Shown here piece by piece: positions 32,390 through 42,361 of a stretch of 64,000 bases of DNA. The stretch covers positions 1 to 64,000 of the forward strand of contig CAWJRJ010000024.1 of the NCBI GenBank assembly GCA_963845245.1, given 5' to 3'. The notes under the pieces were generated by a model, which saw only the letters and a program-made list of their open reading frames with translations, had not been told where the DNA came from and made no database searches. Source of the DNA: Nitrospirota bacterium. Lineage in GTDB: Bacteria; Nitrospirota; JACRHJ01. The translations under genes and the position numbers were made by a program. The first letter of the stretch is position 1, and every line of letters starts with the position of its first letter.

Positions 32390-32821
32390 TTATAGTCCTA
32401 AAAGTCTCGCGAGGAATGTTTTAGAAGAGAGGGCGTTTGCGAGCTTGATCTCTTCCCTGGCCGCATCCAGTGGGTCGAGGTAATTCTTTATTTCCTCAAG
32501 GGACACCGTTCGGACCTTGCCAGGACTTGCCCCAAGCTTCCTTAACATTATGGATTTAAGGTCGTTCAAGGTCTCGTTTTCCGTGAGGCCATAGGCCGAA
32601 TAGCCCTCATCAGTCCTCGCGTGGAACACCGGCGTGTTTGTCTCCTTGATTACATAACGCCATAGATGCACTACCCACCTGAATTCTTCGGTCTCTATGA
32701 GAAACCTCTTCAACGGCTCCTCAGGCGAAGATGGTTTATAGTCTTTGTCCCCGGTTATAGTGATTATCTCAGACATATGAGGCCGTCCTTTTCTATCCCT
32801 TGTTTGATGTCCCAATGCCAT
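32390..32821 (-). CDS. Hypothetical protein
   Basis: 143-aa ORF directly downstream of the nifA-like gene; start may be the internal MSEIIT. Confidence 0.55.
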   Translation of the reverse strand: MALGHQTRDRKGRPHMSEIITITGDKDYKPSSPEEPLKRFLIETEEFRWVVHLWRYVIKETNTPVFHARTDEGYSAYGLTENETLNDLKSIMLRKLGASPGKVRTVSLEEIKNYLDPLDAAREEIKLANALSSKTFLARLLGL

Positions 32822-32859
32822 GCGCTACATATCCGTGCGCATTATTGCAAAAAGGTGAT

Positions 32860-34410
32860 TTACCCTACAATTTCGTCCGGAGGCATAAGGCCGTACTTGT
32901 TCATCTTGTAGCCTATCTGCCTGGGGGTAATACCGAGCAGCCTAGCAGCAGCAGCCTGCCGCCAGCCAGTCCTGACAAGAGCATCCTTGAGCGCTTTAAG
33001 TTCGATGTCATGGACGGTCCTAAGTAGGCCTTCGGAAAAGTTCTCCGGTTGAATCGCTGCAGCTTTTGGCTGCTTGGGTAAAAGCTTCAGATCCACGGCA
33101 TCCACTACCTCTTTCCCTGACATCACCACGCTACGCTCGATGACGTTCTCGAGTTCCCTTACGTTTCCGGGCCAGGGATAACGGGAGAGAGCAACTACGG
33201 CCTCCTGGGTAAAAGAAATATCCTTTCCTGCCGCCTTGCAGTACTTTTTTGCAAAATAATCAATCAGTTCGGGTATGTCCTCCTGCCTCTCCCTTAGAGG
33301 AGGGATAAATATCGGGACTACGTTCAGCCTGTAATAAAGGTCCTCTCTGAAATGTCCGGTATCCAGGAGTTCTTCGAGGTTCCTGCTCGTAGCCGCAATG
33401 ACCCTTATGTCAACCTTCATGGTCCTTTCCCCGCCCACGCGTTCGAACTCGTGCTCCTGCAGGACCCTCAGCATCTTCGGCTGGAGCGAAAGCGGAAGGT
33501 CGCCTATCTCGTCCAGGAATATAGTGCCTCCCTGGGCAAGCTCAAAACGGCCCTTCTTGGCCGCGATAGCACCCGTAAAAGCGCCCTTTTCGTGGCCGAA
33601 CAACTCGGATTCGAGAAGGCCTTCCGGTATGGCTGCGCAGTTAAACTTGATAAACGGTCCTTTGTTCCTGGTGCTCTGGTAATGTATCGCCTTGGCTATC
33701 AGCTCCTTGCCCGTACCGCTTTCACCCCTTATGAGCACCGTGGACCGGCTCCTGCTCACCACCTCGACCGAATGGAATACCTCCTGCATTGTATCGGTGC
33801 TTCCGATTATGTTCGGCAGGCTGTAACGTTTACCCAGCTCCTTTTTCAGCCGGACGTTCTCCTGAACTAGTTTCTTCTTGTCGGTTTCTATCATGCGGTG
33901 GAGCATTACCGCCTGTCCTATTATGGACGCAACGATGTTCAGCAGCCTCACATCCTCCTCATATTGCACCTTGACCGGGAAGAGCCTGTCAACCGAAAGC
34001 ACGCCAATAGCCTTGTTCCTGACCTTTACCGGCACGCCTATGAAAGCGATGTTTTCCTTCTTTATGTCGCCGCGCGAACCGGTCCTGTTCAAAAAGAGCG
34101 GCTCCTTTTTTACATCCGGGACTATGAAAGGCCTGCTCGTCTCAAACACCTTGCCAGTGACCCCTTCTCCGACCCTGTAGGTCCCTCGCCTCATTTCGCT
34201 ATTCGTAAGGCCGTAGGAGGCCCTTACCTGCAAGGTATCGGTGGAAGAATCAAGCAATGTGAGCGTGCCGCGCTTCATCTCCATATATACAGATAGCGCA
34301 TGCAGGATCGAGTTCAGGGTCGAATCCAAGTCAAGCGAGGATGATGCCAGCTTCGCAACCTCGTAAAGCGTAGTAAGTTCCTGTATCTTTTTGTCTGTTC
34401 CCTGCGTCAT
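32860..34410 (-). CDS. NifA-like sigma54 enhancer-binding protein (GAF-AAA+-HTH)
   Basis: GAF (YRVGEGVTGKV...EPLFLNRTG), GESGTGKE, GAFTGA, WPGNVRELEN, AAARLLGITPRQIGYK; start ATG 34410. Confidence 0.92.
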   Translation of the reverse strand: MTQGTDKKIQELTTLYEVAKLASSSLDLDSTLNSILHALSVYMEMKRGTLTLLDSSTDTLQVRASYGLTNSEMRRGTYRVGEGVTGKVFETSRPFIVPDVKKEPLFLNRTGSRGDIKKENIAFIGVPVKVRNKAIGVLSVDRLFPVKVQYEEDVRLLNIVASIIGQAVMLHRMIETDKKKLVQENVRLKKELGKRYSLPNIIGSTDTMQEVFHSVEVVSRSRSTVLIRGESGTGKELIAKAIHYQSTRNKGPFIKFNCAAIPEGLLESELFGHEKGAFTGAIAAKKGRFELAQGGTIFLDEIGDLPLSLQPKMLRVLQEHEFERVGGERTMKVDIRVIAATSRNLEELLDTGHFREDLYYRLNVVPIFIPPLRERQEDIPELIDYFAKKYCKAAGKDISFTQEAVVALSRYPWPGNVRELENVIERSVVMSGKEVVDAVDLKLLPKQPKAAAIQPENFSEGLLRTVHDIELKALKDALVRTGWRQAAAARLLGITPRQIGYKMNKYGLMPPDEIVG

Positions 34411-34448
34411 TCTGTAAGCCCCGATAAATGTGTTTGTACTGTATACAA

Positions 34449-34464
34449 TACAATAATCGTGCCA
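34449..34464 (-). promoter_or_regulatory. sigma54 promoter of the nifA-like gene
   Basis: TGGCACG-ATTA-TTGTA, ~40 nt upstream of the ATG. Confidence 0.75.
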
Positions 34465-34491
34465 AAGCGCCACAAACCAGACAAAAGAACT

Positions 34492-34504
34492 CAACTCATT
34501 GATA
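34492..34504 (-). promoter_or_regulatory. IHF consensus site
   Basis: TATCAATGAGTTG matches WATCAANNNNTTR exactly, just upstream of the sigma54 promoter. Confidence 0.55.
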
Positions 34505-34671
34505 ATTAACTGTTTAGCATGATTAAATAATATGCGTTGGTACAAATTGATGTAGGGCTGTTTTAGTTCGTTAATCCGGTATTGCCTATATTTTAGGCAG
34601 GCAGGTCTATGACTATTATTTGAGGCTGGCTGGCTGGGCTTTTTAAGGAACCAGATAAGGATACAGGTGAT

Positions 34672-34699
34672 TTGACTCAAACTCTGTAACTGATATACT
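34672..34699 (+). promoter_or_regulatory. sigma70-type promoter for the SQR-like gene
   Basis: TTGACT-16 nt-TATACT preceded by TGn. Confidence 0.5.
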
Positions 34700-34783
34700 G
34701 AATAAAATACAAGCAAAAATGCTTGCCATGGATGCGGTTTCCGCTGTTTAAAGACCGTTGGAAAAGAAAGGGACACTCAAGGG

Positions 34784-36055
34784 ATGAAATCAAAACCACA
34801 TGTAATAGTTCTGGGCGGCAACTTTGCAGGGTTGACCACAGCGCGGTTCATCAGGGACCTGTGCGGCGAGAGTGTGAATATCACGGTTATCGACCGTAAA
34901 CCGTACCTGTTATTTATCCCGAATATCGGGATTGAAGTACTGGATAACCGTGACCCGGACGAGACAATGCATTTCGACATCGATCATTTCCTGGAGCGGG
35001 AGGGAAGTCGCTTTATCCAGGGAGAGGTGGGGGATATCGACCTGGAGCGGAAGACCGTCCGGTTCATTCCCAACGAACGGCCGGGCTCGGCCTCTGAAGT
35101 AATCCGCTACGACTATCTGGTGATTGCCCTGGGCGCACGCCTGGCTTATGACAAACTCGATGGTTTCGGCGAGCATGGGCATTCGCTTTCAGACGGCTAC
35201 TACGGCAACAAACTTCGTCGCTACCTATACGGCGGAAATTACAAAGGCGGGCCGATAGCGATTGGCGCTGCCCGTTTTCACCAAGGGACAAGCGGAAATC
35301 CAGATTGGCTACCGCTTACGGGCGCAGCCTGTGACGGGCCGCCGCTTGAGACCGCGTTGTCCCTGGCCGCCTGGCTGGAGCAGCGAAAGCTTGGCGGGCC
35401 GAATAACATCACCCTCTTTTCGCCCGCCGACCTGATTGCCGAGGATGCCGGGGAGCAGATAGTGAACCAATTCCTTGCGATGGCAGGCCCCATGGGGTTT
35501 CACTATGAAAAGGACACTCCAGACATCAAACAAATTACAAAGGATGGGATAGAGTTCATAAACGGAAAAAGCCTGGAGGCGGAACTGAAGATTGTCCTTC
35601 CCAATTGGGAGCCCCATGAGTTTTTAAAGAAACTCCCGATTGCGGACGAAGCGGGGTTTGTCGTGACGGACCTTTTTATGCGCAACCCAAAATACCCCCA
35701 GGTCTTTGCCGTGGGAGATGCTGCAGCCCTGGCAGTTCCCAAATTGGGCTCTATAGGACATAAGCAGGCGGAGGTTGCAGCCAGACAGATCGCCCGGGAC
35801 GTGGGCCTCCTTTCCGGGGAGAAAGCGGACGAGCCTTTCTGGCCGGAGGTCGTGTGTTTTGGCGATATGGGCCACCACAAGGCATTCTACATCCACTCAG
35901 ACGTGTGGTACGGAGGTAAGGTCAGCATCTTTAAAATGGGTTATTCGCTCTACGCCATGAAGCTGGCGTTTAAAGAGATGTATTTCCGGACCGGCGGCAA
36001 AGTACCGACTTGGGGCATGCCCTTGGCTGAATTGATGACCGAAAAGTTCTTATGA
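34784..36055 (+). CDS. FAD-dependent oxidoreductase, sulfide:quinone oxidoreductase family
   Basis: VLGGNFAG FAD fold, YDYLVIALG, ACDGPPLE and VCFGDMG cysteine motifs, FAVGD..PKLG. Confidence 0.8.
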   Translation: MKSKPHVIVLGGNFAGLTTARFIRDLCGESVNITVIDRKPYLLFIPNIGIEVLDNRDPDETMHFDIDHFLEREGSRFIQGEVGDIDLERKTVRFIPNERPGSASEVIRYDYLVIALGARLAYDKLDGFGEHGHSLSDGYYGNKLRRYLYGGNYKGGPIAIGAARFHQGTSGNPDWLPLTGAACDGPPLETALSLAAWLEQRKLGGPNNITLFSPADLIAEDAGEQIVNQFLAMAGPMGFHYEKDTPDIKQITKDGIEFINGKSLEAELKIVLPNWEPHEFLKKLPIADEAGFVVTDLFMRNPKYPQVFAVGDAAALAVPKLGSIGHKQAEVAARQIARDVGLLSGEKADEPFWPEVVCFGDMGHHKAFYIHSDVWYGGKVSIFKMGYSLYAMKLAFKEMYFRTGGKVPTWGMPLAELMTEKFL

Positions 36056-36061
36056 CCCGCC

Positions 36062-38759
36062 TTAATGCGCCTCACCCCAGTCAGGGCCTGAGCCGACGTC
36101 CACCTTCACAGGGACATCCAGCCTGACCGCGTTTTCCATCTCTTCCTTAACGACTGCCATTATCTTCTCCGCGTCACCTGCCGGTGCCTCCACCACAAGC
36201 TCGTCGTGCACCTGCAGTATCATCTTCGAATCCGGGGCTTCGGCCTTAAGCCTCCTGGCCAGGTTGATCATCGCAACCTTTACAAGGTCAGCCGCGCTCC
36301 CCTGTATCGGCGTGTTCACGGCCAACCTCTCGCCAAGGCTCCTGGTCATCTTGTTATCGGAGTTAAGCTCGGGGATAGGCCTCTTGCGCCCGAATATCGT
36401 TACGGCATAGCCTCTCGCGCGCACCTCGTCAAGCGTCCGCTCTATGTACGCTTTCACGCCGGAGTGCCGCTCAAAATAGGCGTCGATGTACTTCTGGGCC
36501 TCCTTGGGATGAACACCGATCTGGCCGGAAAGGCCAAAAGCAGAAAGCCCATATATTATCCCGAAGTTGATTGCCTTCGCATTGCGGCGCATCTCGGCCG
36601 TGACAGCCTCAGGCGCGATATTGAATATCTCGGAAGACGTCCTGGTGTGGATATCCTCGTCGTTTCTGAACGATTCTATGAACGAAGCGTCCTGTGCCAG
36701 GTGGGCAAGGATGCGGAGTTCCACCTGCGAGTAGTCAGCCGATATTAGGACTCGTCCCGGAGGCGCGGAGAAGGCCTTCCTGATGCGCCTGCCTATCTCG
36801 CCCCTGATGGGAATATTCTGAAGGTTCGGCTCGGACGAACTGAGCCGCCCTGTGGCAGCAACCGCCTGGTTGAAACTGGTATGAACCCGGCCGGTCCTTC
36901 TGTTTATAATCCTCTGAAGTGCATCGACATACGTGGACTTGAGCTTGTAGATCTCACGGTAATTGAGTATCTCAGCGGGAAGCTCGTGGCCTACCGCAAG
37001 CGACGTGAGCACCTCTTCGTCTGTGGAGAAGCCGCTCTTCGTCTTCCTTAAGGGCTTCAGGCCGAGCTTATCAAAGAGGATCACCGCAAGCTGTTTCGGG
37101 GAGTTTATGTTGAACTCCTCTCCCGCCAGTGCGTATATCTTCTTTATCAGCCCGTCGAGGCCCTGCTCCAGTTCCTTTGACATCTCGCGAAGGTAGTCGC
37201 GGTCCACGTATATCCCGTTTATCTCCATCTCGGCAAGCACGAAGATGAGCGGGAGTTCCATCTCCTCAAACAGCTTCCAGAGGTCTTCCGCTTTCAGCCT
37301 GTCCATCAATATGCCGGCGAGCCTGAAGGCCATGTCGGCGCGCTCCGCGGCATAACGGGTTGCGGCCTCTATTTCCACCTGCGAGAACGGTATCTGCTTC
37401 ATGCCGGTTCCGATGACCTCGGCAATCGTCATCTTCTTGTGGCTGAGATATTCAAGGCATACGTTCTCAAGGCTGTGGTTTGCGCGGCCTGGGTTCAGCA
37501 GGTACGAGCCGACCATAGCGTCGAAGCTTACCCCCCTCATCTCCACCCCGAGGTTCTTCAGCACTATGATGTCGTACTTTACGTTGTGGCCGTACTTCTT
37601 TATACCTTCGTCCTCAAGCACAGGACGCATTATCCCAATTACCTGTTCCTGTGTAAGCTGGCCCTCGACCCTTGCGGGGAAGAGGTCGGCCGCGTCGCCA
37701 GTCACATGCCCGAACGGGACGTAGTATGCCCTTCCCTCCGTAAGGCAGAATGATATACCGACGGCATCGCCCTCCATCGGGAGCCAGCTCGTCGTCTCGG
37801 TGTTCACCGCCATCCGCCCGGCCTTCTTGGCCTCGGTCATCAGGGAACGAAGTATTTTCTCGTCCTTTACTGTTACGTATTCGGCAGTCTGTTGTGTCGC
37901 CTCGTCGTGTGTGACGAACTTCAAGCAGCGCGGTGAACTCAAGCTCCTTGAACACATTGATCAGCTCGTCGCTCTTCTGGGGACGGCGTTTCAGCCCTTC
38001 AAGCTCCACGTCCTCCGGAAGCACCATGTCAAGCTCTACGAGCCTTCTTGAAAGCCGCGCGTCCTCTATGTGGTTTGCAAGGTTCTCCCTAAGCTTCGGT
38101 TTCTTTACCTTGTCCAGGTTATTAAGCAGGTTCTCGATAGTGCCGAACTCCGCTATAAGCTCAAGCGCCGTCTTTGGGCCGACGCCGGGCACTCCCGGTA
38201 TGTTGTCCGAGGTGTCGCCCATCAGCCCCAATAGCTCTGGTATCTGTGCTGGTGTCACGCCGAACTTCTTGACGCACTCATCAGGCCCGTACACCTCTTC
38301 CTTCATCGTGTCGTATATTTTCACGCCATCGCCTATAAGCTGGAACAGGTCCTTGTCCCCGGTGATGAGCGTCACTTCAAACCCCGCTTTCGCTGCCTTT
38401 CGCGCGACCGCCGCAATCACGTCGTCTGCCTCCAGCCTGTCCACCATCAGCACCGGGATGTTGAACGCGTCCACTATCCTGTGGATATAGGCTATCTGCG
38501 GGATGAGGCCCTCCGGCATCGCAGGCCTTGTCGCCTTGTACTCGGCGAACACTTCGTGGCGGGTGGTCTTGCCCTTCGGGTCGAAGCATACCGCCAGGTA
38601 GTCCGGCTTCTTCTCGTTCACCACCTTCATCAGCATGTTCGTGAAGCCATATGCGGCGTTGGTCATCAGCCCTTTGGAGTTTGACAGGCCGCGGATCGCG
38701 AAGAAGGCGCGGTAGATGTAGGAATTGCCGTCAATCAGGTATAGTGTTGGTTTTGTCAT
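36062..38759 (-). CDS. polA: DNA polymerase I (apparent frameshift ~37925)
   Basis: 5'-3' exo LIDGNSYIYRAF, EADD, GDTSDNIPGV; polymerase TGRLSS.EPNLQNIP, ADYSQVELR, KAINFGIIYG, QVHDE. Confidence 0.97.
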
Positions 38760-38830
38760 AAATTGAATAATAACAGCTTCGGGTCGGCAGGGTCAAGGGC
38801 AATGAAAATTACCGGGCTGCGCTTGGCATC

Positions 38831-40507
38831 CTAATTTGAATGGGCTTCTCTGAATTGTTCCTTCGCTTCGTCGATTCTATGCTCTTCCTTATACAGGGCC
38901 CCAAGGCTATAATGAAAATCAGCATCTGTGGGTTTAAGCTTTACCGCTCTCAAAAGATAATCCTCTGACCTATCATACCGGCCTTCGGCCTGGTAAGAGA
39001 GGCCTAAATTATAGCATGTGTTGGCGGATTCAGGTTCGATCTCCAAGGTTTTAAGATATTCGTCAATAGCCTTGTTCGGTTCTTTTTTAAGTTCATATTC
39101 ATAACCAAGCTTATAATGGACGTCCGCAATATTAGGGTTCAACCTGAGCACATTCTTATACAGGTCTATTGCCTCGTCAACACGGCCAAGCTTTGACAAT
39201 GCATCGGCAAGGTTTATTCGCGATACTACATTATACGGGGATTTCTTTACAGAGTCGGAAAAAATCGTCACATCATTTGCCCATGCGGGGTTTCTGTTTA
39301 CGGTGCCTAATGTAAAAAACCCGACCATAACACAGACGGAAAGGATAGCAAGATTTTTCTTTTTAGGATTATCCAATAATCTCTCTATGTAAAAAGCCAT
39401 TATCAGGACAAAGCCAAAAGAAGGGGCGTAAAGATACCTCTCCGCAAAGCTGTAGAAGATTCCCTGCTGAAGTCCCGGTATATACAACGAAGGCATTAAC
39501 GGCACTAGAACGAACAACAAACCAATAGCTACTGGGCTGGCCCTTCTGGCCTTTAAAACAAGGAGAAATATAAAAGCTAACGTCAAAAAAAGCGACACTA
39601 TGCCGTATAATGACCAGAATGTTGTTATCGGTATAAAATAATGCCATGAATTCAGAGAGAACGGGAGGACCAGTTTTTCTATATACATGGCAAACAACGG
39701 AAAAACATTTATCAGAAAGTAATATGTACCTACTTTAACCGGGCCTTCAGATGGCGCGACACCACCGAGCGCATTGTATCTAAGGGCTAGATAAATCGTC
39801 GCAGCCACTATAAAGGGCGCGTATCTGATGAGGTCCCTTCTGTCGGGCATCCCTTTCTTTTCTATAAGATCATACGCAACTAAGATTAGCGGTAGCGTTA
39901 ATGCGGGCTCTTTAAAAAAGCAGGATATAAAATAAGTTGCTATCGATATTATATAAAGCGTATTCAGTTTATTGACGGTTTCTTTTGATTTGATGTAAAG
40001 GTAGAAAGAACATAGATAAAAAAAACAAAAAGCAACTTCAGTAACCATGGCAATTCCGTCAACAGCCTCTGTATGTATCGGGTGTACGGCAAAAAGCAAT
40101 GCTGCCAAAAAAGAAGGCAACAATGAATTTGTGCGTCCGAAATTTTCAAGTAGCTTTTTTATAGTAAAAAAAACGAGAATGGAGACCCCGGAATGAAAGA
40201 TTATATTTATTAAATGATAACCTTCGGGATTTTCCCCGAAAAGTTTATAAGAAAACATGTAGATTGTATGCATCATTGGTCTATAATAGTTGGACTGTGC
40301 GCCGTTGAATGCTAAATTGTTTTTTGTCCAGATGTCATACAGATATTTGGGGTCGGTTATCCAAGGGTTGGCTAAGATCTGGTAGTTGTCGTCATATACG
40401 AAATTATTTTTTAGAGCATTAAAATAAACAACAAACGACACTACAGCAATAATGGCAGTATATAGAACGGTACATGTCTTCTTTGATACCATAAAAAATA
40501 CTTTCAA
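38831..40507 (-). CDS. TMTC-like GT-C membrane protein with C-terminal TPRs
   Basis: NNFVYDD, YYRP, FAVHPIHTEAV, KE, AERYLY, RNPAW plus TPR repeats; AT-rich relative to flanks. Confidence 0.85.
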   Translation of the reverse strand: MKVFFMVSKKTCTVLYTAIIAVVSFVVYFNALKNNFVYDDNYQILANPWITDPKYLYDIWTKNNLAFNGAQSNYYRPMMHTIYMFSYKLFGENPEGYHLINIIFHSGVSILVFFTIKKLLENFGRTNSLLPSFLAALLFAVHPIHTEAVDGIAMVTEVAFCFFYLCSFYLYIKSKETVNKLNTLYIISIATYFISCFFKEPALTLPLILVAYDLIEKKGMPDRRDLIRYAPFIVAATIYLALRYNALGGVAPSEGPVKVGTYYFLINVFPLFAMYIEKLVLPFSLNSWHYFIPITTFWSLYGIVSLFLTLAFIFLLVLKARRASPVAIGLLFVLVPLMPSLYIPGLQQGIFYSFAERYLYAPSFGFVLIMAFYIERLLDNPKKKNLAILSVCVMVGFFTLGTVNRNPAWANDVTIFSDSVKKSPYNVVSRINLADALSKLGRVDEAIDLYKNVLRLNPNIADVHYKLGYEYELKKEPNKAIDEYLKTLEIEPESANTCYNLGLSYQAEGRYDRSEDYLLRAVKLKPTDADFHYSLGALYKEEHRIDEAKEQFREAHSN

Positions 40508-40598
40508 AATTTATTGTATATATTTGGAAGTATTCGGACACTTTACATTTCTATAATATATTATAATAATTATTATTCAAAGGGGTTTTTTTCCAAAA

Positions 40599-41843
40599 AT
40601 GAATTTTGATATCTTGGTAATCGGCGGCGGGCCTGCGGGGATGATGGCTGCGGGACGCGCGGCGGAGCTTGGGGCTTCGGTTGTGCTGATCGAGAAGAAC
40701 GCGAAGCCGGGCCGTAAGCTCCTTATGACCGGGAACGGCCGCTGCAACCTGACCCAGGCCGAATACGACACCCGCAGGCTAGTGGAGAAATATGGCAGGA
40801 ACGGGAAGTTCCTGTTCTCTGCGTTTACGGCCTTCGGCGTGCGGGATACGCTCGACTTTTTCCACGGGCGCGGCCTCCCCACCATTACAGAGGACGACGG
40901 CAGGATATTCCCGGCCACCGAGCGCGCGGGAGACGTGCTCAACATTCTGATGGGCTATACACAGTCAGGAGGCGTGACATTCTTTACGGAACACCCCGTT
41001 ACCGGGCTTGAAGTTGAGAACGGCCGGATAATCGGGGCGAGACTTGCGGATGGCTCGGTAATTTATGCGCGCAACTTCATAGTATGCACCGGCGGGAAAT
41101 CATACCCGGCGACAGGCTCGACCGGCGAGGGCTTTGAATGGCTTAGTACGCTGGGCCACACCATAACTCCACTCAAACCCTCCCTCGCACCCGTAACGGT
41201 GAAGGAAACCTGGCTCCGCGATGCCGAGGGCGCGTCTTTTGCGGGCGCGGAACTGACCGTATATCAAAGCGGGAAGAAGAAGGCGGCAGTCACTGGAGAC
41301 GGCGTCTTCACCCGAAACGGCATAAGCGGCCCGGCAGCGCTGGATGCAAGCAGGGATATCGGCGCGCTATTGGAGTCTGGCGAAGTAACGATAACGCTTG
41401 ACCTGTTGCCAGCAGTTAGCGCGGCTGAGCTTGACACCAGGGTGCGGAAGTTGTTCGGGTTCAACATGAACAGGCTCATCCGCAACATCATTATCGAGAT
41501 TGTAACACCGAAGCTCGCTCCCGTGTTTATGAAGCTTTCCGGCATAGACCCGGAGACGCAGGTGAACAAGGTATCCCGGGAACAGCGGCTTGCGCTGGTG
41601 AAGCTCGTCAAGAGCATGCCTATGACAGTCGCGGGCATCGGCGGGTTCGACCGGGCGATGGTCACGCGCGGCGGGGTGTCGCTTAAGGAAGTGGACTCGA
41701 AGACGATGCGTTCAAAGGTAATCGAGAACCTCTACCTCGCGGGCGAGGTGCTGGACATAGACGGCCCGACCGGAGGCTACAACCTACAGGTATGCTGGAG
41801 TACCGGGTACGTCGCAGGTACACACGCGACGGGAAAAAAGTAG
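40599..41843 (+). CDS. HI0933/BaiN-family flavoprotein
   Basis: GGGPAGMMAA, GRKLLMTGNGRCNLT, TGGKSYPATGSTG, VTRGGV, GPTGGYNLQ. Confidence 0.95.
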   Translation: MNFDILVIGGGPAGMMAAGRAAELGASVVLIEKNAKPGRKLLMTGNGRCNLTQAEYDTRRLVEKYGRNGKFLFSAFTAFGVRDTLDFFHGRGLPTITEDDGRIFPATERAGDVLNILMGYTQSGGVTFFTEHPVTGLEVENGRIIGARLADGSVIYARNFIVCTGGKSYPATGSTGEGFEWLSTLGHTITPLKPSLAPVTVKETWLRDAEGASFAGAELTVYQSGKKKAAVTGDGVFTRNGISGPAALDASRDIGALLESGEVTITLDLLPAVSAAELDTRVRKLFGFNMNRLIRNIIIEIVTPKLAPVFMKLSGIDPETQVNKVSREQRLALVKLVKSMPMTVAGIGGFDRAMVTRGGVSLKEVDSKTMRSKVIENLYLAGEVLDIDGPTGGYNLQVCWSTGYVAGTHATGKK

Positions 41844-41846
41844 AGG

Positions 41847-42350
41847 CTATTTTTTGAGCGTTTTCGACAGGTCGCCCCAGTACCGCGCCTGCTTTTCGTC
41901 TCGCGGCAGGCCCAGCAGCCCATCGGTATATGCCTTGCTTAGAAATGCGGCTGCCTTGGGGTTCTTATCGTCTGCTGACTGCCGGTACCACTTTAAGGCC
42001 TCGGTGGCGTCATCAGCCTTTTTGTGGCGTTCGTAGAGGAACCTGTTGTTCTCAGCTACATAGAACTCTGCCTCGGCAGGAGAAGCACCCGCCTTTATGT
42101 ACCAGTCAAATGCCTCCTGGTCGTCCTTTTTCACGCCGATCCCGAAAGAGTACATGGTGCCGTAGAGCCCCTGAGCCTCTGGGTCCCCCATGGCGATAAG
42201 AGGGTGCAGGTACTTCACCGCCTCGGCTGCATTCTCCTCTTCGAGGGCAACCTTGCCTCTGTTGATCAGTACACCCCTTATAAACAGAGAACCAGTAAAC
42301 AACAGCACTACGGATATTGCAGCGCCGATATATCTCTTTTTTATTCTCAT
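41847..42350 (-). CDS. Sel1-like repeat protein
   Basis: AQGLYGTMYSFGIGVKKD..EAFDWY and EALKWYRQSAD repeats; N-terminal anchor. Confidence 0.85.
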   Translation of the reverse strand: MRIKKRYIGAAISVVLLFTGSLFIRGVLINRGKVALEEENAAEAVKYLHPLIAMGDPEAQGLYGTMYSFGIGVKKDDQEAFDWYIKAGASPAEAEFYVAENNRFLYERHKKADDATEALKWYRQSADDKNPKAAAFLSKAYTDGLLGLPRDEKQARYWGDLSKTLKK

Positions 42351-42361
42351 TGCCGGGGTAT

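Noticed and set aside
34711..34727. Third sigma54 site TGGCAAG-CATTT-TTGC on the minus strand
   Set aside because: Spacing is one base too long; only valid if a homopolymer error is assumed
32860..34776. 638-aa NifA and a nitrogen-fixation call
   Set aside because: The N-terminal extension runs through promoter DNA; no nif genes in the window, so diazotrophy is unsupported
37614..37957. Split polA or programmed frameshifting
   Set aside because: Same single-indel pattern as the rest of the window; no slippery-site evidence
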